DNA of 64,000 nucleotides, from positions 42,630-106,629 of the forward strand of contig LKMP01000002.1 in assembly GCA_001563915.1 (NCBI GenBank). Direction: 5' to 3'. Position numbers and translations under genes: made by a program. This DNA comes from Nanohaloarchaea archaeon B1-Br10_U2g21. GTDB taxonomy: Archaea > Nanohalarchaeota > Nanosalinia > Nanosalinales > Nanosalinaceae. Each line of letters begins with the position of its first letter. Within the stretch, counting starts at the first letter, position 1. Shown here in pieces: positions 1-9,015 of this stretch. A model generated the notes under the pieces. That model saw only the letters and a list, made by a program, of their open reading frames with translations, ran no database searches and was not told the origin of the DNA.

Positions 1-189
1 TCCACCCATTCCTTTCTTTGTTTCTTCATCTAATCTGTATTCTTTGATACCCGGAACTTTTTTGAGAAATTCTAAATCTTCTGTTTCAATTTGGATTCTG
101 TTTCCCTCACGTTCTATTTCTTTGACTCTAGGCCTCAGATTTTTTTCTAATGCTTCAGGTTTTTCGGTAGGAATTACTTCTATTTTCAT
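1..189 (-). CDS. hypothetical protein, 5' part (runs off window)
   Basis: Manual translation from ATG at 189: MKIEVIPTEKPEALEKNLRPRVKEIERE..., open to the window edge; not in the ORF track. Confidence 0.65.
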   Translation of the reverse strand, partial: MKIEVIPTEKPEALEKNLRPRVKEIEREGNRIQIETEDLEFLKKVPGIKEYRLDEETKKGMGG

Positions 190-243
190 AGAGAGTTTTT
201 ACCGGTGAAGGTTTTTATTTAGAGTTCCATATATTGTATCTAT

Positions 244-525
244 ATGGGCATTTTCGGCGAGGAGAACAATAAAAGTCAAAATAGCAATGACAGTGAGGAA
301 GTGAAGATTTCTGCTCCTGAACCTGAAGACGAACCTTCTGATTTAAAGAAGGCTGTAGAGTCTAAATTTAGCTCTAGTCCTTCTAGAAAAAGCAGTATGA
401 ATAGTAGCGTTTCAGTAGATGACTTATATGAGCAGAACGAGAGGATAATTGAGTTATTAGAGACTATAGCTGACGATGACATAAATGATACCGGCCCTGG
501 AGGCGGTTTGAATGGGGTACTATGA
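244..525 (+). CDS. small acidic hypothetical protein
   Basis: Acidic 93-aa ORF; TATA-like TTTTTATTT about 25 nt upstream; C-terminal LYEQNERIIELLE motif shared with next gene. Confidence 0.75.
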   Translation: MGIFGEENNKSQNSNDSEEVKISAPEPEDEPSDLKKAVESKFSSSPSRKSSMNSSVSVDDLYEQNERIIELLETIADDDINDTGPGGGLNGVL

Positions 526-829
526 TAACGTGAAGAACTCTGTACGTGATAAAGGCGGAAGTAGAAGTAATGGTTTCAAGAAGCTGCGTGAAGAAGCTGA
601 GAAGGAAACTGATGAAGAAGAACAAGATGATACTCCTATAGAAGTCTTGGAAGAAGGCTTGAAAGAACGACCTTTTGAGCAAAAAAAGTCTCCTAGAAAT
701 ACGGATAGTTCTGAAGACTCCGAGGTTTCAAGTTCTGCTGAAACTGAGTCTGAAGTGCTTGAAAAACTGGATAAGCTTATTGAGCAGAATGATCGTATAA
801 TTAAAGTGCTTGAGAGTTTTGGAAATTAG
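512..829 (+). CDS. small acidic hypothetical protein, probable paralog of upstream gene
   Basis: Overlaps previous gene; C-terminal LIEQNDRIIKVLE. Confidence 0.75.
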   Translation: MGYYDNVKNSVRDKGGSRSNGFKKLREEAEKETDEEEQDDTPIEVLEEGLKERPFEQKKSPRNTDSSEDSEVSSSAETESEVLEKLDKLIEQNDRIIKVLESFGN

Positions 830-841
830 GTTGAAATAATA

Positions 842-1312
842 CTATATTTCTTTTACCATCCTTTTTTGTTCAGCCTGAAATCCTTTTTTCTTGTATAATT
901 GTTCTGCACTCGTATTCCTAACATTTACGTTTAGCTCTATGGTTTCACATCCTCTTTCACGAGCTTCTATCACAGTTTTATCAAGTAATTCTGATGCTAG
1001 ACCATTTCTTCTATAACTTTCTTTGATATATAACTCGTTTATCTTTGCATAACGTTCTTTTTGAAATACTGGCGCCGCCTGTCTAATTGCCATAGTTATG
1101 AACCCTACAGGATCTTCATCATTTTCTACTATCAATGTAAATGATTCATCATCCAGTATTTTCTCTTCTCTGTAAATTATACAGTCTCTTATATTCAATT
1201 CTTCGGAAAGAGCATTATCTGAAGAAACTCCTTCCATTTCCTTGGCTAAAGGCAACCACAATTCATGAGTAATGAATTCTGCATCTGATGGCTTCGCTGC
1301 TCTAATCTCCAT
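842..1312 (-). CDS. GNAT family N-acetyltransferase
   Basis: LYIKESYRRNGLAS acetyl-CoA motif; NTSAEQLYKKKGF. Confidence 0.9.
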   Translation of the reverse strand: MEIRAAKPSDAEFITHELWLPLAKEMEGVSSDNALSEELNIRDCIIYREEKILDDESFTLIVENDEDPVGFITMAIRQAAPVFQKERYAKINELYIKESYRRNGLASELLDKTVIEARERGCETIELNVNVRNTSAEQLYKKKGFQAEQKRMVKEI

Positions 1313-1328
1313 AAGGCAAAAATGAACC

Positions 1329-1604
1329 CTATACTATCTCTACAGTTATTTTTTCTCGGCCCTGAGTAGTTGTCTCTACGCTCTCTTTGAGCTCGATTTC
1401 AAGCCCCATCTTCTTGAACTCATCTGTTTGTAAAAATTCTAGCTCAAGTCTGTTGTCTTCAGTAGGTTCTATGTCGACTTCTTCTTTTCCTCTAAAGCTG
1501 AGGCCTACTTCGCCTTCCCTAATCTTATCAGCAAAGTTTTCAAGGAAGTTGGCCAGTTCATTATTTGAAAATTGGAAGTCTAGTTCCAGTTCTTTGCTTG
1601 ACAT
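1329..1604 (-). CDS. amphi-Trp domain-like protein
   Basis: Amphipathic ELANFLENFADKIREG helix followed by beta strands (LELE, LEIEL); the terminal Trp is absent. Confidence 0.6.
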   Translation of the reverse strand: MSSKELELDFQFSNNELANFLENFADKIREGEVGLSFRGKEEVDIEPTEDNRLELEFLQTDEFKKMGLEIELKESVETTTQGREKITVEIV

Positions 1605-1658
1605 AATTAACTAGTTAAGGGTGAATAGTTTTATTTGTAAGGCCTTTTTTTGCGTTAA

Positions 1659-1928
1659 TTATTCAGCCATTAGTTTCTTTGATAGGAAGTGATCTTTTTC
1701 TTCAAGTTCACGAATAGCTTCTACTGCAAATAAGTAGGCAACGCCTATCATAAGCATTCCTAGTAGACCTGGCCCTATATCCACCATTTCTCTTACTGAA
1801 TAGATTACTGAGAATACCATTAGCATTCCGAGTATGAAAAGCGTGAATGAAATTCCTATCTCTGCATTTGTAGAAAGTTTTGGAAGTCCAAAGATATCTT
1901 TTTCATCCACTTTTTCGGTATCTGCCAT
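1659..1928 (-). CDS. small two-TM membrane protein
   Basis: Two hydrophobic segments with charged termini. Confidence 0.75.
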   Translation of the reverse strand: MADTEKVDEKDIFGLPKLSTNAEIGISFTLFILGMLMVFSVIYSVREMVDIGPGLLGMLMIGVAYLFAVEAIRELEEKDHFLSKKLMAE

Positions 1929-1986
1929 TTTTTGTAATCCTCTTAAACCTAAATTTACCGAGACCGGATTTAAATGTTTCCAGAGT

Positions 1987-2370
1987 TTATTTCAGGTCTT
2001 GTATGTTTATGTCTCTACTGTCAGGCGAAAAAGCCGATGGTAGATGAATATGATATACTCCTTCAGACTTCTGGATTACTAGAGGCATTTCTTCTAGCAA
2101 TCGCGTGACATTGATGTTATACACTCCTTCTTCTTCTACACTAATCGAGTCGATGTCGAACTCAAACCTAATATTTGCTCTTGTAGCCTCTCCTTCAGCT
2201 ACCATTTCTTCAATATCGTCTGCAACCTTTTCTCGTTCTTGTTCTAGTTCTTTCTCTGAGAGTTCTTCGGCTTCATACATAAAAAGCGATGATCCGCACT
2301 CACATCCGTCTATAATCTGGTCTGAGTTGTCTTCATAGACTTCTCCGCAGTTCATGCATCTGTGGGGCAT
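1987..2370 (-). CDS. oapC: OapC/ArvC Zn-ribbon protein (DUF2072)
   Basis: MPHRCMNCG...GCECGSSLF signature; GVYNINVTRLL; follows oapAB. Confidence 0.88.
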   Translation of the reverse strand: MPHRCMNCGEVYEDNSDQIIDGCECGSSLFMYEAEELSEKELEQEREKVADDIEEMVAEGEATRANIRFEFDIDSISVEEEGVYNINVTRLLEEMPLVIQKSEGVYHIHLPSAFSPDSRDINIQDLK

Positions 2371-2424
2371 TTAAAATCCGCCTCTGCGAGTATTTGGTAT
2401 AGATAAGTCTAGATTTTTGTACAT

Positions 2425-2811
2425 TTATTCTACCTCATCAAGTTTTGCGAGGAACGAGACTGAATCTCTTTCCTCTTTAATTTTTTCCATTACTCTGGAG
2501 TTTCCCACAATTGTGAGACCATCACGGTACTCTTCATTCAGTATTTTATCATAGAAAAGCGATTTTACCTTGTTTATCCGAGTTGAAGAACTATCTAAGC
2601 CTAAGAATTCTACTCCTGGAAAATCGTCATCAATTTCTTCCATAGAGTTCTGTATAAGCATTCTTTTTTCTTCAGGAGTCCATCCTTCTTCCAATACTAG
2701 CACGGCATTATCCTTTACTTTTTCCAGTACTGTTTCCAGTTTTTCTTCAAAGTTCCCCCCGCTTAATTTATCTCTGGACAAGAACTCAATTGTGACTCCA
2801 TCATCAGTCAT
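2425..2811 (-). CDS. oapB: OapB/ArvB protein (DUF2073)
   Basis: VLVLEEGWTPEE, EIDDDFPGVE, GLTIVGNS motifs; position between oapA and oapC. Confidence 0.88.
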   Translation of the reverse strand: MTDDGVTIEFLSRDKLSGGNFEEKLETVLEKVKDNAVLVLEEGWTPEEKRMLIQNSMEEIDDDFPGVEFLGLDSSSTRINKVKSLFYDKILNEEYRDGLTIVGNSRVMEKIKEERDSVSFLAKLDEVE

Positions 2812-3440
2812 TATCCTAACCTTTCGATTATTTCCTCATAAAGCTTGTCGATGTTTTTACCCTCCTTTGCCGAAATTTCCAGTACAGGATGCTGAGGGAA
2901 CGCGTCTCTCACTCTTGAAGGATCTGAATCTTCCAAATCAACTTTGTTCGCTAACACAAGTATTGGAATATCTTTAGCCTCTAGATTTCCAATAATTGTT
3001 ACGTTGACCTGTGTATAAGGGTCTTCAGTAGAATCAAATATAACCAGGCACGCATCTACATCATCGAGATATTTTATAGCTTCTACAATCCCTTTTGTGG
3101 CTTCTTTAGCTCGACCTTTAGCTTCATCCTCATCCACACCATGTTCTGTGAAATCCTTAAAATCCACGTTAGTAGATATTCCAGGCATGTCAAGGAGATT
3201 CAAGTCCAAGGTACGGCCATCATCAGATTCAATAGTAACTTTTTCCTTTTTTTCAACTACACGAGTTTCATGAGGTACTTCTGACACATTACTCATATCT
3301 TCCCCAGTAAGATCATTAGAAATATGATTCGCGAGAGTAGATTTTCCTGCATTAGGAGGTCCGTATATCCCTATACTAATATCCTCTTTTTCCGACTCGC
3401 TGAAAAGACTGTTGAAAAACTGTTTCAGGCGATTAATCAT
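2811..3440 (-). CDS. oapA: OapA/ArvA Era-like small GTPase
   Basis: GPPNAGKST, PHETR, DMPG, NKVD, ISA motifs; DSTEDPYTQVNVTIIG family signature. Confidence 0.92.
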   Translation of the reverse strand: MINRLKQFFNSLFSESEKEDISIGIYGPPNAGKSTLANHISNDLTGEDMSNVSEVPHETRVVEKKEKVTIESDDGRTLDLNLLDMPGISTNVDFKDFTEHGVDEDEAKGRAKEATKGIVEAIKYLDDVDACLVIFDSTEDPYTQVNVTIIGNLEAKDIPILVLANKVDLEDSDPSRVRDAFPQHPVLEISAKEGKNIDKLYEEIIERLG

Positions 3441-3541
3441 TTTGACACCGCGTAATGATAACTCCGAAGGCCAAGTATAAAAACTATGCGCATTTCAAAG
3501 CCCTCCGATATTAAAACTTGGGGTCAGCACACTTTTCGTAT

Positions 3542-3976
3542 ATGCCTGAGGAAAAAGGAGTGATAGTAGCAGTATTCGACGAAAAAGACCGCGTCGCCGT
3601 CCTCAAACGTAAAAAGAACTGGGAAGGATGGGAGCTAGTTAAAGGACATCTTGAAGAAAACTATGAAGAAACAGTAATCCAAGAGATAAAAGAAGAAGCA
3701 GGCCTCAATTCCGAACTGATTGACTCTATAAAGGACTTACAATATACAGCAGAGTGGAGTTACAAAGATGATGGAGATGAAATACTGCGAAAGTATAAAG
3801 CTTATGCAGTGAAAGTCTCAGGAACACCTGTCATCCGCACTTCCAACAACCCTTCCGATGAACATGAACATGGCTTCTTCCTAAATCCTCGTGATGTCAA
3901 AGAGATGGTTGAATATGACAATAACCGGAAGATAATTGAAAAAGCCTGTAAAGAATTAGGCATAGATTCAAATTAG
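3542..3976 (+). CDS. NUDIX hydrolase
   Basis: Nudix-like box WELVKGHLE...QEIKEEAGL; ATG at 3542 preferred to the upstream TTG. Confidence 0.85.
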   Translation: MPEEKGVIVAVFDEKDRVAVLKRKKNWEGWELVKGHLEENYEETVIQEIKEEAGLNSELIDSIKDLQYTAEWSYKDDGDEILRKYKAYAVKVSGTPVIRTSNNPSDEHEHGFFLNPRDVKEMVEYDNNRKIIEKACKELGIDSN

Positions 3977-3997
3977 CCTCTGAGAAAATTCTTTTCC

Positions 3998-4246
3998 ATG
4001 ACTAACCCTAAAGAAATGTTGGAAGTTTACCAGTTCGAAGGCTGTCCCTTCTGCAGAAAAGTAAGACAAAAAATGACAGAGCTAGGACTTGACTTTATAG
4101 CTAGACAGGTAGACTCTGAGGACCGTACAAGAGTAGAAAAAGTATCCGGTCAGAGTAACGTACCTGTGCTTGTAGATCCTAATAATGATACAGTTATGCC
4201 TGAATCAGATGATATAGTAGAATATTTGGAAGAGCATTACAGTTAA
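3998..4246 (+). CDS. glutaredoxin / GST N-terminal domain protein
   Basis: CPFC, VPVLVDP, MPESDDIVEYL. Confidence 0.9.
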   Translation: MTNPKEMLEVYQFEGCPFCRKVRQKMTELGLDFIARQVDSEDRTRVEKVSGQSNVPVLVDPNNDTVMPESDDIVEYLEEHYS

Positions 4247-4785
4247 ACTACACCCATATTGAAGAGATCAATGACTGGTTCAAATTCTTCATCAATACTA
4301 TAGATCTCAGACTGTGTTACTGTAACACCTTCACATATTATTTTTCCAGTTTCTTTCATACTTCCAAGTCTACCAGGCTCTGATACTGCTTCAACAAGTT
4401 CTCCCCATAAAAAAGCACCAGTAGTATTCTCCCAAATCTCCTTTAACGTCTTCAACTCACCGCAAGGCTCAATATAGGCCTCTGTATCCACCCTATATCC
4501 AAGCTTCTCGAAATAGCACGCATTTTGAACTGCTTTATCAACATTACTACTGTAAGCTGTTAAAAGATTCTCAACATCCAGACTTTCCCGATAACTTACC
4601 TCCACTACTTTCAAATCTCTAGCATTATTAGGACTAGACAGTAAAAGTCCCACTTGGCCTTCAACCTCATGCTGAGGCACTTCTCCCTCTAAAATCCCGG
4701 GATAACTTTCTTCTATCCCAAGCACCTCATAACCTTGCTGTTCATACTCTTCAGCGAGCTTTTCCAATTTTTCATATCTGCGCAC
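4243..4785 (-). CDS. hypothetical protein, possibly degenerate PD-(D/E)xK fold
   Basis: Acidic 180-aa ORF, GTG start; EEYEQQGYEVL...GQVGLLL...LKVVEVS pattern. Confidence 0.6.
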   Translation of the reverse strand: MRRYEKLEKLAEEYEQQGYEVLGIEESYPGILEGEVPQHEVEGQVGLLLSSPNNARDLKVVEVSYRESLDVENLLTAYSSNVDKAVQNACYFEKLGYRVDTEAYIEPCGELKTLKEIWENTTGAFLWGELVEAVSEPGRLGSMKETGKIICEGVTVTQSEIYSIDEEFEPVIDLFNMGVV

Positions 4786-4889
4786 AGCAAAACATAGATT
4801 AAAGTTAAACAGTTAAATGAACAAAAAAGTTTTTCAGAATCTCATAATTATTCTCTGAAACAATCTTTCGAAGCAGACAAAAGTAGAAG

Positions 4890-4964
4890 TGGACCGGGCC
4901 AGATTTGAACTGGCGATCTCCACGTTATCAGCGTGGCGCTATAACCTGGCTAAGCTACCGGTCC
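4890..4964 (-). tRNA. tRNA-Ile(GAT)
   Basis: Reverse complement GGACCGGTAGCTTAG...CCACG-CTGATAA-CGTGG...GTTCAAAT...CCGGTCCA folds as a cloverleaf; CCA not encoded. Confidence 0.96.
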
Positions 4965-5049
4965 GTAAATATTGGTTTGACTGGAAAGTGTTTTTAATGC
5001 AACGGAGTGCAACTCACGATTTTTATTCAAATACTTCCCTAATATCAAT

Positions 5050-5517
5050 ATGGGAGATATGGAATCAGAAATCAGCCGTATTGAACAAAGTTTCGAGGCC
5101 TCGATTCCGCGCAACAAAAGATCTGACGCCAAAGTTTTTATGGACCAGTTCATGCCTTTGGCTTTGATACTTTTAGGTTCTCTCGTAACTTTCCATTTCT
5201 TTATACCTGTAGACAGATGGATTTCTGATGTTGTCAACTTGGTCAATTTAGGTCTTGTACTTTTCTTTGGACTGCGGTTGGGTCTTGCTTTTAGCCTAGC
5301 AGATTCTCATAAAAAATTCTTGGAGCAGCACTGGTTTGATGCATTGTTAGTTATCCCTGCGCTTGCCATACTTAGAGAGGCCAGACTTCTACTATTACTT
5401 GAGGCTGAGACAGAAGAACAGGCCTATCTAGGATTCCTGTTTGCAAGGAACACAACTATTGCTGGACAAATTACTAAGATGTATGCTTGGGGTCGAAGAA
5501 TATTGCGGCTTTCTTGA
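5050..5517 (+). CDS. membrane protein resembling an isolated ion-channel S1-S4 domain
   Basis: TM segments plus KKFLEQHWFDALLVIPALAILREARLL; no pore/GYG segment. Confidence 0.6.
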   Translation: MGDMESEISRIEQSFEASIPRNKRSDAKVFMDQFMPLALILLGSLVTFHFFIPVDRWISDVVNLVNLGLVLFFGLRLGLAFSLADSHKKFLEQHWFDALLVIPALAILREARLLLLLEAETEEQAYLGFLFARNTTIAGQITKMYAWGRRILRLS

Positions 5518-5522
5518 AAAAG

Positions 5523-5657
5523 TGGGCTCGACGGGATTTGAACCCGCGACTACCAGGTATCCCCTCATGAAACGCCGAGTTTTTCTAGATCTTTATCCTC
5601 CTAGAAATTAGAGGTCTGTTAAGAGCCTGGTGCTCTGCCGGGCTGAGCTACGAGCCC
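5523..5657 (-). tRNA. tRNA-Lys(CTT) with 61-nt intron at 37/38 (intron 5559..5619)
   Basis: GGGCTCGTAGCTCAG...CCAGG-CTCTTA[intron]A-CCTGG...GGTTCAAATCC...CGAGCCCA; intron removal restores a 7-nt anticodon loop. Confidence 0.93.
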
Positions 5658-5830
5658 TGTTATTTTTACCTATGGAAAAAAGAGAGGTCTTATGATTTAT
5701 ACGATGTTCTTGTAATCTATAATTTTTCTTTTAAGCTTCTATTTCAAAAAAACTGAGCAGTTTTTTAGTAGTATAGTGAAAAATCTAACAGAAATAAATG
5801 GGGAGAGAAAATAAAAAAATTTTTCTGTAT

Positions 5831-6382
5831 CTACCGGAGCTCGGTCTTTCTAATCTCTAGCTCTCTGAACGGATAGATTTTTTCAGCTCTTTCTCGGAAC
5901 TCTTTCTGAACGTTGTCCATGAAAATGTTCTCCATGAACTCTTCATAGGTCTGTTGAGAAGCATTTTCTTCAACTACTTCTTCTATCTCTCTTCTAACTG
6001 CTTTCATTGCTTTATTGGAGGCTTTTCTAAGTGTTGCTCCGACTACTTTTACTCTGACAGTTTTTCCATCTTTGGTCTCAAAATCTCTGACCATGTCAAA
6101 TCTATCAGTATCAGACCTAATCATACGAGATACAAACTGTGAGGAGCATTCCATAGAATCTATCTCTGTGAATGCTTTATTACCTTCTACATCTGTTACT
6201 CTTAGCGTTACATCCGCATAGTATTTGTCGCTGCTTTCTAATAAGTCATTTAGGCCTTCTTTAATTGTTCGACCGATTACTTGTGATTCTTTTTCTGCTG
6301 GTGTCTCGGTTACGATATCTACATCGAATATATCTGGTGCTTGGATTTCATACCAGTTTTTCTGTAAAACTGCTTTAGCCAT
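5831..6382 (-). CDS. rps3ae: 30S ribosomal protein S3ae (eS1)
   Basis: KNWYEIQAPDIF, VIGRT, KIYPFRELEIRK. Confidence 0.95.
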   Translation of the reverse strand: MAKAVLQKNWYEIQAPDIFDVDIVTETPAEKESQVIGRTIKEGLNDLLESSDKYYADVTLRVTDVEGNKAFTEIDSMECSSQFVSRMIRSDTDRFDMVRDFETKDGKTVRVKVVGATLRKASNKAMKAVRREIEEVVEENASQQTYEEFMENIFMDNVQKEFRERAEKIYPFRELEIRKTELR

Positions 6383-6435
6383 ACGTCAAGTTCAAAATCA
6401 AAACTTTATAAACGGTTGTAGTTTTTAGCAATAGC

Positions 6436-6963
6436 TTAATTCAAAATTTCTAATATTAAGTCAGTTTGATCCGAATATTCTAATTCTGACCACTCTTCTT
6501 CTTGTATATTTGGGGACTTAACCTTGACTTCTTTCAAGTTTGAAGATACTTCTTGTTCTCGTGTAGGCGGAGCCACCACGTTAACTGCATCTAATGGAAT
6601 AAAGCTAATTCTATAACCATAGAAACCAGCATGTTCTCTTTCATCAAGAGAATCTAGCGAATCTTCTCTGTGATAATTTAGAACTCGGTTTAAGTTAGCT
6701 TCAGCTATAATGAAATCATCAGTATTTAATGGCAGATAAGGTTGTATCTTTTCCGGGCTATCTCCCCATTGGGCCGGCATTTCTTCATCGTACTTGAGTT
6801 TATCACTATATTTATCTTGGTAATCTCTAAAACCTTCGTCTTGTACTACTTTATCTATCATGTCTGAAAAATTATGTACGTCTAGCGTTTCTCTTCTTTT
6901 CCTATATTTTTTAGGTTCCAGAGAACCTCCAACAGATAAAACTCGGTATAGGTTTTCAGACAT
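6436..6963 (-). CDS. hypothetical protein
   Basis: 175-aa acidic ORF filling the recJ-rps3ae gap; no family recognised. Confidence 0.7.
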   Translation of the reverse strand: MSENLYRVLSVGGSLEPKKYRKRRETLDVHNFSDMIDKVVQDEGFRDYQDKYSDKLKYDEEMPAQWGDSPEKIQPYLPLNTDDFIIAEANLNRVLNYHREDSLDSLDEREHAGFYGYRISFIPLDAVNVVAPPTREQEVSSNLKEVKVKSPNIQEEEWSELEYSDQTDLILEILN

Positions 6964-7025
6964 TAATCCTACTATAATAACACAACTATAAAAATGTTGT
7001 TAGATGGTGGTAGTGAATAAATAAG

Positions 7026-8387
7026 TCATGTTTCCTGGCCTATTTTTTCCCGGAGCATTTCAAGAAATTCATCCTTATTTTCTCTTGGTATCTTAGCTCC
7101 GGCCGCCACATTATGACCTCCTCCTTCCCCATCTAACTCTTCACATATTTCACCGATTATTTCTCCTAAGTTAAGACCTGCCTCTACTGCATCTTTCGAA
7201 GCTCTTGAAGAAATCTTAATCTCATCTTTCCCCGAATACGCAGCCCCCACCACAACATCAGATGTGAAAAATCCATTACTCATTGATATAGTCGTAACAG
7301 TACCTATAAAATCATCCTTGATGTTGTCTTCTGCATCAATCACTCCAATTCCATCCTCATATATGTATTCCTCATCGTTCTTATTATTTTCAACAAATCG
7401 GAGCGATTTAGCTATTTTTCGACTGTATGCTCTAGAAATCTTTTTTGCAAGTTCTAAATCTCTTTCAACTAGAATGTTAACGCCTGTACGCGCTTTTCCA
7501 AGACGCCCACACGCATTAATAACTGTTGAGAACTCATCAACCTCATAACCATTTTCTAAAGTGTAAATATTGTTTAGCAGCGGTTGTACCGGTCTACCAG
7601 TCTTAATCAAACCATTTATCAGTTTGCGTTCTTCCTCCTCTGATAAATCACTCAACGTTCTGAAACTCCCATTTTCTCTAATATTAACACCGTGAGACTG
7701 TACAAACTGCACAGCCCCATTATCATCATTAGAAATACCTTCCAAATGTGGATCAGTAGTATATTTTAGCGAGTCTTTTAGAGGTTTAGTCGTTCTACCA
7801 TAGAGATCAAGACCTTTTCTTTTCTTAACTATCTCATTTTCCACTGCAAGCTTTTCAAGGTCTGAGTTAAGGCCTAGAAACTCTCCCTCTTGTTTCTGGA
7901 TATCTCCTGTTGCTCCTATAAGAGCTAGCTCAACTAAATCAATGTTTTCTTCATCATATGCCCATGCCACTATAAAAGACATTCCTGCTGCAGAGATTGC
8001 TTCTCCACCATCAATTCCAAGAAAATGAGGATTTAAGTGGACAAAACTACCTTTCTCACTGGGTTCGTGATGATCAACTACAATTACTTCTTTTTCAGGC
8101 GCCAATATTTCTTCTATTGACGATGCCTTTCCTGATCCTATGTCAACAAATAATATGAGCTCTTCATCTTCTTCAGCAAGTCGTTCTACATCCTCTTCGT
8201 ATAATTGTTTCAAAATTTCGTATTCAAACTCTTTACCCGCTCTTTCAAGCATTTGATATGCTATGGCGGTCGCAGATATTCCGTCTGCATCATATTGGCC
8301 TACAAGTCTTATCTTACCATCATATTCCTTGATTTTCTCAACTGCTGCCTGTGATTCTTCTTTAATATCTTGTAGACCATTCTCCAT
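7026..8387 (-). CDS. recJ: RecJ-like DHH/DHHA1 phosphoesterase (GAN-type)
   Basis: DADG, DIGSG, DHH, GD and GGGHNVAAGA motifs; conserved position after rps15. Confidence 0.9.
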   Translation of the reverse strand: MENGLQDIKEESQAAVEKIKEYDGKIRLVGQYDADGISATAIAYQMLERAGKEFEYEILKQLYEEDVERLAEEDEELILFVDIGSGKASSIEEILAPEKEVIVVDHHEPSEKGSFVHLNPHFLGIDGGEAISAAGMSFIVAWAYDEENIDLVELALIGATGDIQKQEGEFLGLNSDLEKLAVENEIVKKRKGLDLYGRTTKPLKDSLKYTTDPHLEGISNDDNGAVQFVQSHGVNIRENGSFRTLSDLSEEEERKLINGLIKTGRPVQPLLNNIYTLENGYEVDEFSTVINACGRLGKARTGVNILVERDLELAKKISRAYSRKIAKSLRFVENNKNDEEYIYEDGIGVIDAEDNIKDDFIGTVTTISMSNGFFTSDVVVGAAYSGKDEIKISSRASKDAVEAGLNLGEIIGEICEELDGEGGGHNVAAGAKIPRENKDEFLEMLREKIGQET

Positions 8388-8448
8388 AAGTTATATCTGC
8401 CTGTGTCAAAGTTAACTGTTTTTCTTGAGATTGAACAGAATCAGGAAG

Positions 8449-8880
8449 TTATCTTGTATACTTCCAGCTTTCCCCAATATTTCCGTTTTCCCTGTGATAA
8501 GACGCAATTCTCCTGATCTTAGCTTCTGTAAGCTCTAGTCTTCTAATGGCCTGCTGATCTTCTGAATTGTCTTCCAAGTGTTCAGTAATCTTTTCTGCTT
8601 TCTTGATAAGATTCGTTAGATCTTCAGGTAGTTCAAGACCTACATCATTTTCGTCTAAAATTTCTGTAATAGTTTTCTCAGTAACCTGTTCTACGCTAGG
8701 GATTCCATACTGATCTCTAATTCTTAAACCAATCTGCGCAGGCATTAGACCTTCTTCCCTTAACTTAAGGACTAGATCTTCTACTTCATCTTCATCGTAG
8801 TCTACCCAGTCAGGTTGACTTTCTTCTACAGGTTTTTTTGATCCGGATACTCCTCTTCCGTCAGAATGCATTCTTGCCAA
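8449..8880 (-). CDS. rps15: 30S ribosomal protein S15 (uS15)
   Basis: (M)ARMHS..., RDQYGIPSV, LPEDLTNLI, LTEAKIRR; TTG start at 8880 with AGGTGA SD. Confidence 0.95.
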   Translation of the reverse strand: MARMHSDGRGVSGSKKPVEESQPDWVDYDEDEVEDLVLKLREEGLMPAQIGLRIRDQYGIPSVEQVTEKTITEILDENDVGLELPEDLTNLIKKAEKITEHLEDNSEDQQAIRRLELTEAKIRRIASYHRENGNIGESWKYTR

Positions 8881-9015
8881 TGTTTGTTCACCTTTGCTGA
8901 TACGGCTCAGCTCATACTTCGCCGCTCTAAACAATATGAGTAAGAGGAAATTTTTTAAATCAAGACCAGGCCACTAAATTTTTTGTGAAAATCAGAGTCT
9001 AGAGCTAAGAAATTC

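Noticed and set aside
3441-3541. Replication origin next to oapA
   Set aside because: Short spacer with no ORB repeats or unwinding element, and no orc1/cdc6 gene in the window
4889-5246. ORFs 4889..5167 (+) and 4950..5246 (-)
   Set aside because: They overlap tRNA-Ile and the 5050..5517 gene, and their composition is atypical of this acidic proteome
6436-6963. Pcc1 call based on position
   Set aside because: About twice the expected length, with no recognisable Pcc1 pattern
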